A stretch of 64,000 bases of DNA. It comes from Octopus vulgaris (lineage: Eukaryota). Below, piece by piece: positions 28,771-43,684 of this stretch. The translations under genes were made by a program, and so were the position numbers. Location of the stretch: NCBI GenBank assembly GCA_951406725.2, contig OX597824.1, positions 49,104,001 through 49,168,000 on the forward strand, in the 5' to 3' direction. The notes beneath the pieces were generated by a model that was not told the DNA's origin, ran no database searches, and was given only the letters and a program-made list of their open reading frames with translations. How positions within the stretch are numbered: the stretch's first letter is position 1; the number at the start of each line of letters is the position of its first letter.

Positions 28771-30638
28771 TGTATGTATGTATGTATGTATGTATGCACG
28801 TACGTACGAACGTATGTATGTATGTATGTATGTATGTATGTACGTATGTATGTATGTATGTATGTATTGTTTTGTCTTGGGAAAGTCATTATGCCAACAA
28901 TAAAAACCAACACGCGCACTGTTTCAGTGTCCCTTCTTTATTGTTAGTAAATCGTTTAGATATTTAACCAACTAACTAATCGATCGCTTTTTTAATGTGT
29001 TGGTTAAGCATTCAATCAGTTGTTTGTTTGTTAAAGTCCTTTCGTCGCTATTCGCGCTCTCATCAAAGACATGCCATCTTTCTTCAAGGTCTCCTTGAGT
29101 TTGCCTGAGAGTTGGTCTTTTGGCTGTGCGTATGTATGCTTCTACGTGAATATGTAGATGAGTGATTGCTTGCTTACAAGAGAAGTGAAGGGTGAGCTGA
29201 AGAGGAAGAGAGATTCATACATATAAGCACATAAGCACTTTAATTTTTGTCGCTCACAGATAAGGCAGTCTTCTCTTTTTTCTTTTCTTTCTGTTTTTTT
29301 TTTTAAAGTAAACTTTTTATTAATATTGTATTAAACCAAATAACAAGACCCTAAAGAAAAGAACTGCTATTGTGTCCGGTACTCGAAATGGTCATGATAT
29401 ACAACACTTCCACTTGAAACTTTTTATCTTTGTTTCATAATCACGGTAAGAATATAATCATTCTAATTTTAAGTAGATTTGTCAATGAACAAAACTCTTG
29501 TTGCTGTTAGGTGTGACTACAGTAAATGCTGTCGGTGTTTTGAAGTGATATACAATGGATTAAAGTAAACATACTAAGAATGAAATATAGCTATATTGCT
29601 CTTGTTCTGTTATGAAAACAATAGAAGCATTGTAGATTTTTACAAATTTAGAAATGAAATTACTGTATTGATGTTGGTGTTACTTAGATCTAGATTAGCA
29701 ATGACCCAACACCGGTGATCGAAGACGTTCCTGTCGAGATCTACAGGAATTTTTAGGGGCTTTTTATTTTTCCAGTTTCGTTTTGTAAGACAGTAGGGTA
29801 TAATTTGAAAACTTTTAACTATTCTAGTATGTCGAGCAACGGCGTAAAGTAGTGTTAACGAACCTATGACACGCGTATCAGCAGTAACACTCCATGAGGT
29901 TTATAGACTTCGAAACAAAAATCTATTTACATCACCATGTTATAAAAAGCTTTTCTATAAGCATTTACCTAAAGCTAAAATACATGCATAAATGCAAGAA
30001 AAAAGAAATTGGAATTTCAACACACCGGTCTAAAAAGGTTTGCCATGACTAGTATTGAAGCTCAACTACTTGTGCCGTGAGTTAAACTTCTGCTGACACC
30101 ACGATCATTTTCACACAACAGAAGTCTTAAACGATCATCTACGTTCGTTGAAACCTGGTTGTGATTTTTCCTTTCTTCACTAAATAAGTTTTATAAGTCA
30201 TTCCTTTTTCAGACAATCTGGTTTCGCCAATTTTTGCTCGTGAACATAAACCACCAGTTTCAATGATTTCTTTTTTCTGATTCACCGAGATATCTACTTA
30301 CTGCTCAATAGTAAGAACAGGATAAGCGTTTCCATTTGAAATAAAAGACAATCACATGAGCTAATATGTTGTCTTAATGTATTTCAAAAGTTGAATAAAA
30401 TGCTTTTGATCTTACGTCAATGAGGATTGAGATAAGAATAAACAGCAACAATGATATAGTTAACAAGAACAATATGACGACCTCCTCCACCAACAATACT
30501 CCTACCATCATCATCATCATCTTCTACACCAAAACTAGTACAAACAACACCACCACTACCACCTACCAACTTTTGAACAACCAACTGGCAACAACAATAA
30601 TATTATCAATATGGTCGGAATGTTGTTGTTAATACAGT

Positions 30639-30690
<52 letters not shown>

Positions 30691-30744
30691 AAATGGTTGT
30701 GGAGTTTTATGGCTCAAGTTACAGGTGCTAAGTAACCATGAACC

Positions 30745-31347
30745 CAGGGTCGTCGCTAAGCCCCTGCAACCCCTGCGGTCGCAGGAGTTGAGGGCCCCCT
30801 TGTTAAGATCAAAGTACGTAGATGAGTCATCTATTTACCTTGGTTAAGATGCTGAACAAGAATTAAACTATCTATGATAACTGAAAATTTCAACAAATTT
30901 TTATTTGTTGAAATTTTAATACATTTTACTTACAAAAGTTCTTGTAAAAATATTACATTCTACCACGAACGTGTACCAAACTTCGAGGATTGTCTATATC
31001 TATTGAACACGAACTTAGCTCTCAGCTTGGTTATTCTGAACTGATCGATGATTTCGCGAAGCGAAAAGTGCGCTGTGTTTGTCATTGAAAGTTGCCTGGA
31101 TTATAAAAGTGCTATTTTATTCATATCTGGAAGTTTTACTTATTGAAATTTGTAATAGACTTAAATAAATTTAAATTGTACTTTTTTAAGATGTTCTTTT
31201 GGATAACGTGAAATATTGAACTTCAGATAGAATGAAGTAAAATACAGCTATGAATAAAAGATGCATAGATAATGAATTTTGATTGAAGAGATGGGGCCTC
31301 GAAACAAAAAGTTGCAGGGTGCCTCTAAAAGTCATGCGACGGAGCTG
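30745..31347 (+). mobile_element. Internally deleted hAT transposon
   Basis: Imperfect TIRs CAGGGTCGTCGC / GCGACGGAGCTG. 8-bp TSD CATGAACC (30737-30744) / CATCAACC (31348-31355). Remnant of the hAT C-terminal dimerisation region (SIEHEL...LIDDFAKRKVR). Confidence 0.8.
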
Positions 31348-32129
31348 CATCAACCGTTCAACTAACTGCAGTCATCCAGCACTTCTTTCCTCCCGACTCT
31401 TCGCCTTTCATCTTCTCATTCCCATTGCTAAATCCACAGGAATACGACAGCAATTATTTGCTCTCACAAAACAGTTCTTTCGTGGTGCTTTTTTGTCTTC
31501 ATATTTGTTGTAGATAATTGTTGATAGTTACCTACAATTCAAGATGTCTCTAAATAAGCTGTCAAGTAGAGCTACGAAAACGAACTATAAACAAGTTTAA
31601 TTCTCATATAATCATATGAGAATTAAACTTGTTATATTAAAAATGTTTGATACAGGAGAAATAATCAGCCACGTTACCATGACATTAAATCCTACAACGT
31701 CTACAGTGGAATTAATACGTGACAATAGAAAGAAAATTAAGCCATGTGTACAAGAAGCTACTCTATTAAATGCTCGGACCTTATTTTGTCATAGATTTAA
31801 TGTGATGCTTATAATGAGGCAGCTGGTTGATGTATGGATCAAGTATGTGCCTCGGTGCATTGTACCGATAAGTACGATGGTAATTTTAAAAAGCCGAAAG
31901 AAATGTTGTGTCTTGGGAGAGTCATTACAACAATATTAATAACACACGCACTGGTTCAATTCTATTATTAGTCAATTGGTTAAATATCTATCCATCTAAC
32001 TAATCGATTGTTTGTTAATTTGTTTTGTTTTTTATTCGTCAAAGTTCTTTTATTGCCATTTGCAGTCTTTTCAGTGACTTTAATCAGTTGGTGGAATGAA
32101 CCAGTGTGTGTGTGTGTGTGTGTGTGTGT

Positions 32130-33150
32130 GTTTCGATCTATCGATGGAGACTGTATCTTGTCGTCCACCAATTAGGAGTTGGAATGTTCTATCTCCCGAA
32201 TGTATGACTTGATATGGACCATCGTAGAGTAAATGGAAGGGTTTTTGTCGTATGTCACGTCGAACGAACAAAGTTAGCCGTGCAGAGGTCATTTGGTACA
32301 GATGATCTGGGTGCACCGTGTTTCGACATGGGAACAGGGCGCAACTGGCCCACGCTGTCCCTCAGTTGAGCGAAGTACCTTTTGACCTCCGGGTCTGACT
32401 TCGTATTCGGAAAGAACTCTCTTGGCACTGTAAGAGGGGCACCATACACCATTTCTGCGGAGGAAGTGTTGAGATTTTCTTTTGGGGCGGTGCGGATCCC
32501 CAGCATCACCAATGGTAGTTGGTCTATCCAGTTTGACCCGTTAAGTCTGGTTGTCAGGGATTCCTTCAGGCGGTGGTGAAATCTCTCCATTAATCCGTTG
32601 GCCTGTGGGTGGTATACTGTTGTGCGATTTATTGTGATTCTAAAAAGGTCACATATGTCATTCCACAGCTTTGAGGTGAATTGTGGACCCCGATCGGATA
32701 AGATGCAGTCTGGGACACCGAATCGGACAACCCAGTTTGCGATGAAGGCTCGGCTGACTTCTTGTGTTTCCGTGCTGCGGAGATGGATAGCATCAGGCCA
32801 ACGGGTATAGCGTTGTGAAAGTGGTAGGGGGCCGACAAGGTCGATGTTGATATGGTTGAATCGGGCCTGAGCTAGTTCATAGTTGCCGAGGGGTGCTTTG
32901 GTGTGTTGATGGATCTTGGCTTGTTGACAAGGGATGCAGGTCTTCGTCCAGTCCCCGATTTGCTTGGCCATACCGTGCCAGAAAAATTTTCTTGACAGCA
33001 GCCGCTGTGTGGCTTTAGTACCTGGGTGGGAAAGTCCGCGAATGACGTCGAAAGCTTTCTTACGCCAAGTTGATGGGACGATCGGTCGTGGCTTCCTGGT
33101 GAATACATCACCACAGTAGGGTTGTGCCGTTAAAGCCAAAGTGTACATCC
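32130..33150 (-). mobile_element. Ty3/Gypsy integrase fragment
   Basis: HPG...C..C zinc finger, IDLVGPLP, SDRGPQFTS, YHPQANGLMERFH and YDGPYQV (GPY/F) motifs. No LTRs or RT nearby. Confidence 0.9.
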
Positions 33151-33559
33151 TACAAAGAAAGTGATATGATAGCAGTGCGGTAGGCCCTGATCTCTAGTCA
33201 AGAGATCCCGAAGCTACATGGTTGTTTGCACTTTGTAGCTTTTTTCCCGAACTCTGTTCCCCCACCATTGCTTGACATCTCATGTTGATGTGTTTGCGTC
33301 CCCGTAATCTAGCGGGTCTGCAAAAGAGACCGATAGAATAAGTACTAGGCTTACAAAGAATAAGTCCTGGGGGCGATTTGTTCGACTAAAGGCGGTGCTC
33401 CAGCATGGCCGCAGTCAAATGACTGGAACAAATAAAAAGGATAAAAAGAAAAAAAAGAATATATTTGTGTGTGCGTGCGCTTGTGTGTGTGTATATGTAT
33501 GTATACATACAATATACACAATATACATACATACATACATACATACATACACAGACACA

Positions 33560-33639
<80 letters not shown>

Positions 33640-33833
33640 ACGGCATATATAGTGTGTGTATGTTCTGAAAGTCTGTTTCGAATATACGTCACATCTTTAT
33701 ATTAATTAAGCTGCTTACAAGTCGAAACATGTTTTCAGTTTCATTGATCAGCTGTTTCAGCACAATGCCAACGATGTTTTATTGATAGCATATATATATA
33801 ATACATGCATGCATACATACATACATACATACA

Positions 33834-33864
<31 letters not shown>

Positions 33865-33942
33865 GTATACATATATAAATGTATATATATACACACATAT
33901 ATATACACAAATATATATAAATATATATACATATACATACAC

Positions 33943-34015
<73 letters not shown>

Positions 34016-34759
34016 CATGTGTATATGTATGTATTTATGTATGTATGTATGTATGTATTATTAACGTCTGTTGGTTTATTTGTGTATATAAGTAGGTCGA
34101 CAGGTAAGTAAGTAGATGGGTAGATAGGTTAGCTGGAGATGGAGAAAAGAAAGTAAATGGCAGTATCTTTTGAAGAACAAAGGTGTGTTTCTACACGTCA
34201 TTGTGCAATCGCGCGCGCGCACAGTCACGCAGAGTAATATTTCGGTTAGCGCTGTAAATACGGTCCTAAGAAGCAGTGCCTTACAAGGTTGTTATAATAT
34301 TGCACAAATTGAGATAGCGAGCTTGATAGGATGTTTTTAATCAAGATAAGCACGCAAATGTGTTAAATATTGTCAAACAACTAAAAAAATCCAGACACGC
34401 TGTCGTAAGGTCCAAGCGCTTAACTTTATTCAACCTGTAACAATGTGATTTTAAGTTATTATAGAATTAGTAAACGGGTTTAATCAATATCTAATGCATT
34501 TATAAAATCAAAATGTGGTTAATTAACTTTAATAATGAGCACACCGGTTTACTCAAATTAATTCAGTTGAAACACAACAGTGCGAACAAGGAAAGAAGTT
34601 GCTATATCTAAGATAAGAGACCAGGTTGAAGTTCTTCGTACTTTAATCAAGAAAAATGTATCTAATGTCATCTGCACTGACTTAAATATTCTCCCTCACA
34701 GAGCAGTTCTTGGTAGCAATAATACCCTGTCCACAATACCTCTTTTCGCTGTTGTGCTC

Positions 34760-35340
34760 CCTGTCAGGGTCAATCACAGTAAACTGTTCTATGGCTTTAG
34801 TAATCTTCACGATACTATTACTGAGGAATTTATCGGAAAGAATTCTTGGTGCTACTGATGCGTGTGATCTTCCGTAGTATTTTGGAGGTTACTTGCAACA
34901 CTCAGAAATATTCTTAAGAACCTACGAAAATTCCTTGGTTGCCTGGGTGCCTGCATTTGCAGCTTAACCAGAAATACGGATGTTGTGTAGGGTGTGCCGC
35001 CATTTTTGTATCTAGCAAAGCAACTCTACTAGTTGTGAGTGCTTCTGGATTATCTCCTTCTTCTCGAAACTGTCTATGGATGCTCCTTGCTTTTCCCCTT
35101 ACGATGATTTGGCTTAGCGGCATGTTACTTTGTGTTTCGTCGTCCATTTTCTTTGTCTTCAAGTTTTCCAAATATTTACCCTTGCACAAATCACCTACTC
35201 GAGTTCATCATGGTAAAAGCTTTTATTTTGATTGCAATTTGCATGATGGTTCTAAACATTAATGTTACCAAGTTTAAAGAATTCCCCACATACGTCTGAC
35301 ATATGCCAAATTCCAATTGCCTCAACACTTGCAATTACAT
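34760..35340 (-). mobile_element. pogo/Tigger-like transposase relic
   Basis: NMPLSQIIVRGKARSIH resembles the CENP-B-type HTH of pogo/Tigger transposases. Heavily decayed. Confidence 0.5.
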
Positions 35341-36525
35341 TTTTACATTTTGTGTGATGGTTTTCCGTGCCACCTAAGTTGAACTTTCTACACTTGGAGT
35401 TGGAGGAAGGAGTATACATGTATGTAAATCATAGGTTTTTAAACGATCATTTGTAATATCATTTTCCAGGAGAAACTCATTCTTTTATAATTTTATTTTC
35501 TAGAGAAGCACTTTAAACACTTTCACCTTTACGTACATTTTCAAGGGGCAGCAAACAGTAAAAACAAAAGTAAAGAATCTATTTCACTTGTTATTTTTAT
35601 TATCTTATTAAACTTCTGCAAATATTTTGCACTATAAGTTTTATTGTCACTTCACATATAAGCAACCTTTGTTATTGAATAAAATCGAAGGCTATAGGTA
35701 AAATGGGAAATAAGAAAAAGATTAAGACAAGGAAAAACGATAAAGACCCGACATGACTGACCCGAATGTACAGGATACCAACGGAATCAAAGATAAAGTC
35801 GAAATGTTGGAAGAGATAAAATGGACATTGGAATGCAAGCATATTATAGGCAGCAACATCACATTTTCTTTGTCATGCATTTTATGATAAATACATATAT
35901 TTTACATCTGTTTATTATTTTCATTTATTTAGTCTATTTTCCTCGATATTATTTTATGAAAGTCACATGGCGTTGTTCTGATATGTTTTACTTTATCTTG
36001 TTTATACCATATGTCAAACACGAACACATGGCTCTGAATATATATGGATATTTAGTCATATAAAAAGACCAATGAAAAGATGGCGGTCCATAAAAAGATC
36101 ATTGAAAAGAGCCAATTTAAAACGACGTTCAAAACATCTGCTACGGGGGAAAACCGAAAAGTGCCAGATATTGTCTCAATAGTTTTCAATAATCATCTTT
36201 GAGATGTATTAATGGTCAAGACGAACCCGAGTTAGACATGGAATTGAAACAATTTAAACTGAAATGGTTTCAATTCCTTTTTGTTCAGATACGGTCTGAA
36301 AATGAAGGAATTGTAATTAGAAAATTTCCTTGACATGATAGTTACATCTCGGAATATCACGTCTGTCGTGCCTTTCTAAAGTATTGGAAATCTAGGTTAT
36401 AATTTGATGGAAATTCTGTTATTTCTAGCAGGCCTAGTAGACTCCATAAGACAGTAGGGTATGATTTGAACGAAACTTGGATACTTTTCCTATCAGAGTG
36501 AGATAACGTAGAGCGGGCCCCATAG

Positions 36526-37010
36526 ATGAATCACACGTGTAAACATACATTCAAAAAGAAAACACTTACAGATGAAGTTAACCGTATTGAGATTGATGGG
36601 TCAAAAGAATATTGGTGGAACTTTAAAATTATAACAGCTACCAAGTTAAAGCACAACCGGCCAGATATTGTTGTGTGGGGAGCCACAAGGAAAAGATATG
36701 TTCTGTTGTGGAAATCAGCTGCCCTCTAGACATCAATATGGTTAGATGGTTAGAAAAATACAAGAGAAAGAGGACATCTATAGACCATTGATAAAGAGTT
36801 GGTAAATCCAGCACCTCAGATATACTTCCAGCTTCATAACCATTATTATTGGAGCGACAGGATAGATACAAACCCGTCTGGAAAAAGTATGGCTGAACTT
36901 TGGATCTTGGGGAGAGAACGCAAATCCTTAATTCATACGCTACAAATTACCACGATATCTGGGACTATAAAAATCTTCAAGGCCTCTTCAAGATTTAAAG
37001 GATGGTGGTT
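36526..37010 (+). mobile_element. RLE-type non-LTR retrotransposon (R4/NeSL-like) C-terminal relic
   Basis: YWWNFKI.T..KLKHNRPDIVVW, then frameshifted VVEISCP.D.N and IIIGATG, the PD..(D/E) restriction-like endonuclease region. Confidence 0.75.
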
Positions 37011-37577
37011 AAAACAAGATGCTTTCCTTCACAACCTTGCTACCAAGTAGGTGGCCAGTCGAATTTTTTTCTAAATTAAAAAGAGAAAAAGTACATACAT
37101 ACTTACAGGCATGCACGCACGTACGCAGATAGATAGATAGACGGACAGACAGATAGATAGGGATTATAATTTATGTATGACTTAATGGATTGGTCGCTGT
37201 TTAGTTGCGCATTTAGGAGTTAGTTGTAATTTACTGATAGAATTTATTTACCGATACGGTTGTACATAAGGTAAATGTGTTTGAAAGTTGTGGTTTCTTT
37301 GGTTTGTTTGTTCTCAAACAACACTTATTTTAGTGCTGTTGACACCGCCGGATTGAATGGTACTGCCCAGGTGTCGAAACCATAATGATATCTGTGGTGC
37401 AGCTGATGATGGAGGTATGTTGGATTGTTGGTATGACTGTTTTTGTATATGTAGAATAGTATTATTGGATTTCTGGTATGGCTGTTTTTCTATATGTGGA
37501 ATAGTATTATAACACATTCTTTTGATACATACTTTCATACATACATGCATACATACATACATACATACATACATACA

Positions 37578-37609
<32 letters not shown>

Positions 37610-37940
37610 ACCTGTTGTAGTTGTACTGGCTGTATTTCGATTCAATTTTATTATTAATTCCCAAATGCATTCATTAATTAATCAATCGGTTAACTGATTA
37701 ATTGATTGGTTCGTCCCAGCATGTAAAATTATCGACAACCTGTCCTAAAGGTACATATCACGTGTCACTCTATACTCGCTCTAGGAATAATATTTTGAAG
37801 GAATAGATACAGTATTTGTCCAAAAGTCTAACGTGTTGATTCATTATTTAACTGTACCCCTGCCTCCACGTCTTTGAAAAGGACCCACAATTTAGGAGCA
37901 ATAGAGGAAAGAGAGATAGAGAAAAAGAGAAAGAGAAAAT

Positions 37941-37972
<32 letters not shown>

Positions 37973-38819
37973 CGCATGTGTGTTACAGAACATTGCTGAA
38001 GATCTCGGAAAGAACTCATTAATAAGATCTCGGAAAGAATTCCTAAACAGGAACAGAGTTCTAGAGGCCCAATGTTCTGTAATTGAAGACCTAAACATAG
38101 TGATTAGTGCGAGGCTTAGGTGGTTAGGCATAACCAGGTTGATAAGAGAAGAGATCAGTGGATCAGGAACACCTGAATGGAGTGGCATGTGCTCAGCCAA
38201 CTCCAAGGAGGATGGGATATTATAGTAGCGATAAAAAAAAGCAGGGAGAGAAGAGATGTTAGAGCATGCCTGTGAGTGATTTTATTCTAATCAGCCGGGT
38301 TGCGCTTTTCTCGATTTGGTCGCGCGTGCGTGTGTCATAGATGCTACAAGGAGCCTCGTACTAAAAAAACCTTTATAAAACGTGTGATCAATAATGCTTA
38401 CTATATGTCACCACTTCGAAAAGTACCTCCTGAAACACTACGAGATATTACCACCATTTGATTGAATTGTCAGCGCTTAATTATTTATTTGAAATAATAA
38501 CATACTAGGTCCTTATCCATCGCTACGCTGCCGGTAAAAATATTTGATCATGCAGAAATACATACATAAATACATAGGCACACACACATACACACACACA
38601 CACATACATAACACCAAAGAAATCACTATCCATATTGTTATATAATGAGTCTTTTTTAAGCTGTCTTGCGTTGTGTTGATAGACTTGCTCTTAAAATTCT
38701 CGCGTTTTTAATAAAAACTTATTAGTTCCTAAAGTGGCAACATTACTTACCTACCCACCTAATTACTTACCTATCTTCCTACCTACCTACCTACTTCTCT
38801 ATATCTATCTATCTATCTA

Positions 38820-38880
<61 letters not shown>

Positions 38881-39664
38881 TCACACATACCCTCTCTCAC
38901 ACACACTGTATTTCTCTCTCAACAACAACTTTTTTCTCCTCCTCCTCTTCTTTTTTCCTCTCTCTCTCTAATAAATGTTGTGACTGACAGAAAGTCGAAG
39001 ATCCGCTCTCTTTTATAACATAAGATTTTCTCTATGTAACAAGTTATGCTGCTTATAACTTTTTAAACTTATAATACAGTAACAGAAATACATTTTACTA
39101 AGTGGTTGTGTCTGATGATTGATTGGAGTGGGCTACGCATGAAACTTTAAAATACGAAGTATTACCATCAGAAGATGGTATTATTGCGTGGCAAAAATTA
39201 GCACACACACACACACACAAACTTACGAATAACAGTTACACTTCCCTGAAGATATGGTAATATAATTAGATTATATAATTTACAGTATATAACTGATAGT
39301 CATTCTCTGTTAATGAAATACACGTAAGATGATGCAGCTAAATATTTTATAAACAAATTCCTCAGTTTTCTTTTATATGCGTTTGTCTTTGTGTGCATGT
39401 ATGTGTGTGTGTGTGTAAATGCACGCAGATATATATATATATAGCATTATCGACTACTTATATTTCATCTAGGAGATTAATACCAAACTTTGTTATCACT
39501 ATCAACATATTGAAACGACGCACACATGCTTACATAATGCCAACATGCCAACATAACAAGCAGCCCACCTCCAGTGTTATGCGATTAAAGTTCCTTATAT
39601 GATTAATCTACAATATTTATAGTAACATCATGCAAGTTCTCCATTAACATACACACAGTCGCAT

Positions 39665-39703
<39 letters not shown>

Positions 39704-40809
39704 CACACATACATATATATATATACATATATGTATGCATATGTGTGCATGTGTGTATGTATGTATGTATGTATGTATGCATGTATGCATGTATGTATGT
39801 GTGTGCATGCATGTCTGTATGTGTGTTTGTGTATCTATGTATATGTATCTTAGTATTTATATATAACAATACTGGTATATTCACTACTTAAACTGCTTAG
39901 ATTATAATTAAATTAATTCATAGTTAGCATGTTCTTTTACCTCAGTACTCCTTTATTAAATACCAGTATGATCATGTGTGTGCGTGTATCTACGTATTGA
40001 TCAATATTCACTGATACCATCTGATTAGTTAGTATTTAAGTTTATAATATCATAATATATATAAATATTAAACTATTTCTGAATAATTTTCTTTCCTTCC
40101 TCTTTGTGGTAAAAGTTTGGTATATACTCAAAAGTATTCATAAAACATTTTATCCTTTTGTTATAATTATTCTTCTTTATAATCCTCTGAATAACCCTAA
40201 ACTTTAACTTTATACAATATAGCAGTATTGCTTAAAATATTTAACTATAGTACTACATGATAAGATTTCCCCTGTTTCATTATCAATGGTCTGCTAGTGG
40301 CCAGCCCCCTTAATTGTCAGCTAACATCTTGATTTAAGTTTTCCTTTACAAAATCCCAAGATATTGCTTCAAATAAATCTTGATTTTTATGACTATACCA
40401 CTATGTTTTCTGTCGACTCCCTCAGCCCTACCCCTAACAGACCCGGTCTTAGATAAAAATAGGGATTTGCTAAAACTACTCTATAAATTAAAACTGACCC
40501 CCATATAAAAGTGACAAGCAAAATCTGTAACAAGTCTTTCTTCCTGATAACTTAGTAGCTTCTAAGTGGAAGGAAGGGCAACAATGTTCTTTCTCTATCT
40601 CCTTAACTTCTTGGAGATTTTAGGCAAAATTATACTGTGTCCATCTATTTTAATTTAATTAAATTCTATGCCTTTGTGCAGCTGAGGATTGCCCTGCATT
40701 TAAATTGATGTAATGGTTGCATTGTTCAATTAAATGGAGTTGCGTGAAACGATCGTACTGCATTATCTCTAGATATCCTTGTTGCTTATTTTGATTAAAT
40801 ATATATATA

Positions 40810-41096
40810 TAGTTGAAATTTGCAGAAAAACAAAAGACGAAGACAGGTGTATGAAGAACAAGCAGGTGTATTAGTTTGACGCTCGGGAAAGTGAGAAAGT
40901 CTTTTATGTTTCGGGCCTATGCTCGAAATAAGAGAACATAAACAAAGAGAGAATAAAAAACTTGTGGCAAAATATTCAAAAGTAGTGAAGAGAAGAAAAA
41001 ACAGAAGAAAAGGAGAAGAAAAGAAGAAGAAAAGGAGAGAGAAAGACAAAGTAACAATATACGGAAAAACAAAGTTCCAAAAGGTTCAGACGTCGT

Positions 41097-41098
<2 letters not shown>
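40810..41098 (-). repeat. Minus-strand copy of the hammerhead-bearing repeat seen at 48511-48741
   Basis: The minus strand reads CCACGACGTCTGAACC...GAGC ATAG GCCC GAAACATAAAAGAC...CTAATACA...CCTGTCTTCGTCTTTTG. The CUG..GA core is missing here. Confidence 0.75.
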
Positions 41099-41150
<52 letters not shown>

Positions 41151-41719
41151 ACGACGTCTGAACCTTTTATATGTATATATATATATGTATAATATATGTA
41201 TAGAAATTAAATATAAAATATAAATTACAAAGTGGGACAAGAACGCAAAAACACACAAAGAGACGACACAAAAAAAAAAACAGACGGGTCACTCGAAACC
41301 TCTAATCTTCAGTCGGAACAGGATCATCTTAGCAATTTCGGCTGTTTAATCTCGATATCGCTCCGAACCGGCCAGCCCCAAGGAAAAACTAAGCCACAGG
41401 CATTAGATTTCTTGGAAAGAGGATCGAATGTATACGAAACAAAGACAGGATGCCACACGAATATAAATACAAGAAACGAAAAATAGAAATAAAAAACAAG
41501 AATGGTAAGCAGGACAAAAACAGCGGGCGTCTTACGACTTTAGACAATTTTTAACTTATCTTGGCTGGCGTATTTGAAATATGCCTTTGCGGCAAAACGA
41601 AAACAAACGTTAACATGGCAGCGGTCAAGCCGAAAAGACCGGTTTGAAGGCCGTCACGTGAAAGCACGGAAGAAAGAAAAAGGAAAAAAAAAAGGGAGCA
41701 AGGAATCAAAGAGAGAGAG

Positions 41720-41777
<58 letters not shown>

Positions 41778-42070
41778 GTGTGTGTGTGTTTAAATGCAAA
41801 GGAAAGAAATGGTATTAAAAATCTAGGCGAATATTTCAGAAACACTCTGCAGTAATCAAATTTGGCCAGTGAAATTGCCCAGTGAAAGTCATTGTGATTT
41901 ATGGAATCCATAAATTTGCATTCCAACCGAATAGATTCTGTATAACTTCTCAGAGTATAGTAGAAAAAGACAAAAGAAAGGAGAATTATACATTTTTAAT
42001 TAGCTTATGTAATACTTTCACAAGGCGTGCGGTGACTGTGACTGAGGTTTAGGCTTGCTAACCTACATCG

Positions 42071-42116
42071 AACAGTCTGATGAAGGCCAGCAGGCTGAAT
42101 CTTTGAAGTCACTATC
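42071..42116 (+). ncRNA. Type I hammerhead-like motif (one core substitution)
   Basis: AGT-CTGATGA-A-GGCC(AGCA)GGCT-GAAT-CT(TTGA)AG-TC^ACT. All three stems are present; GAAA is read as GAAT. Confidence 0.6.
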
Positions 42117-42929
42117 ACTACTCTTCTTGTAAAAGTATAAATATGTACTCTATACTAAGTATTGAGTTATCATTTAGGTTAATGTTAAATTGCTTTTATT
42201 TATTACTCGACTTAAAAACAAGCAATAACACACACACGAAATTAGAAGATACATGGCGGAACTGTTGTTTTAACGAGTTATATCTGTTTATCACCCAAAG
42301 AGACACATCTGCACCGTCGGATGCTCCTGAGCCAGTTGTTAAGTATTTGTAACGATTAGGTTTTAGTTGGTCAGCAATTGTAACAGTTAAGTTTCAATTA
42401 GTGTAGTTACCAATTGTAACGGGTAAAACTGATCAGGTACTCAATATTATGAAATGTCGGAGTCAACAGTTGTACCGATAAAAAGTTGTTGTTATAGCGG
42501 CAAGTTGTAGGAGGTCCAGCTAAGACTCCCTATGAGGATATAATATATAATTTGAAGATAGAATGTAGTACTAAATACCCAAAAGAACATCCTAATATTG
42601 AATTTCTCACAAGAATTAAGATAAATGGTGTTAATGATACAAATGGAGTTGTTGATCGGAAAAAATGTGTGTGTTCTTGATTGCTGTCAGAGAAAAACCA
42701 TTGTTCCACCGTGAGAAAAGTTCTGTTGAACCGTTAATTTAAATTTGACTTGATGGATCGAATACACTTAATGCCTGCAAGATCCTACATCTTCCACCCG
42801 TGAGGAATCGATGCTAAATGTGTCGAAACAATTGTCGTGATTGATAAAAATTTTCGTATCTTCCATCTTCCGTTTTTCATTTACCACATACATACATACA
42901 TACATACATACATACATACATACATACAT

Positions 42930-42960
<31 letters not shown>

Positions 42961-43603
42961 TACATGAAAGACACATTGTCATTGTGTGATTGTCTATATT
43001 GATTCTATTGATGCACTGTATATACATACCCGCCTCAGTCATCATGTCTCCAATCCAAAGCATGTTTCTCCCATTATCCACTTGTTCTAATTAGTATTTT
43101 TTGTATCCTTGACTTTGCATTCGGTCGATGGTTACTTTTGTCTTAAAGCAATCCTTAACAAACGATATTACGATATTGTTTATGAAATGGAGCTTTTGGA
43201 AACAATAGCAATTTTCACACTGATGTGCACACACACGCACGCACGCACACACACACACACACGCACACACAAACACGCGCGCGCGCGCATACACACACAC
43301 ATGCACGCGTACACACACACACACACACTTCTTTCTTTTCCGCTCTCTCTCTCTCTGTCTACTCATATAGTTGTATGTATATATTATATGGATGTACGTG
43401 TGTGTATGTGTGTGCGCGTTTGTTTGAGTGTGTGTAAAAAAAATCTACATTAAAAAAGGATAGGATAGTATCTTTATAGAATCGAGACAGCTTTAAAAGT
43501 AATCCAAACCATTACTTAGTAATATTTATCAATAAATTCAACTAAGCGAGAAAAACGCGGACAAAGTCAGGTGTGCTGACGGTGTTGGTCGTCACCTGTC
43601 CCG

Positions 43604-43684
43604 GTTGCTAATACAGTTACTAACGACAACAATAAATGCTATAATTGCATTACACAACTCCAAGCAGGAAAAGTTACTATGGCC
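43604..43684 (+). promoter_or_regulatory. Cluster of RFX X-box-like half sites at the CFAP36-like start
   Basis: GTTGCTA (43604), GTTACTA (43616) and GTTACTATGG (43673) lie within 80 bp of the ATG of a ciliary gene. None is a complete palindromic X-box. Confidence 0.35.

Noticed and set aside
37828-38230. ORFs of 63-104 aa as a host gene exon
   Set aside because: No recognisable domain or good splice context; more likely a decayed LINE 3' fragment interrupted by (GA)n, too weak to call.
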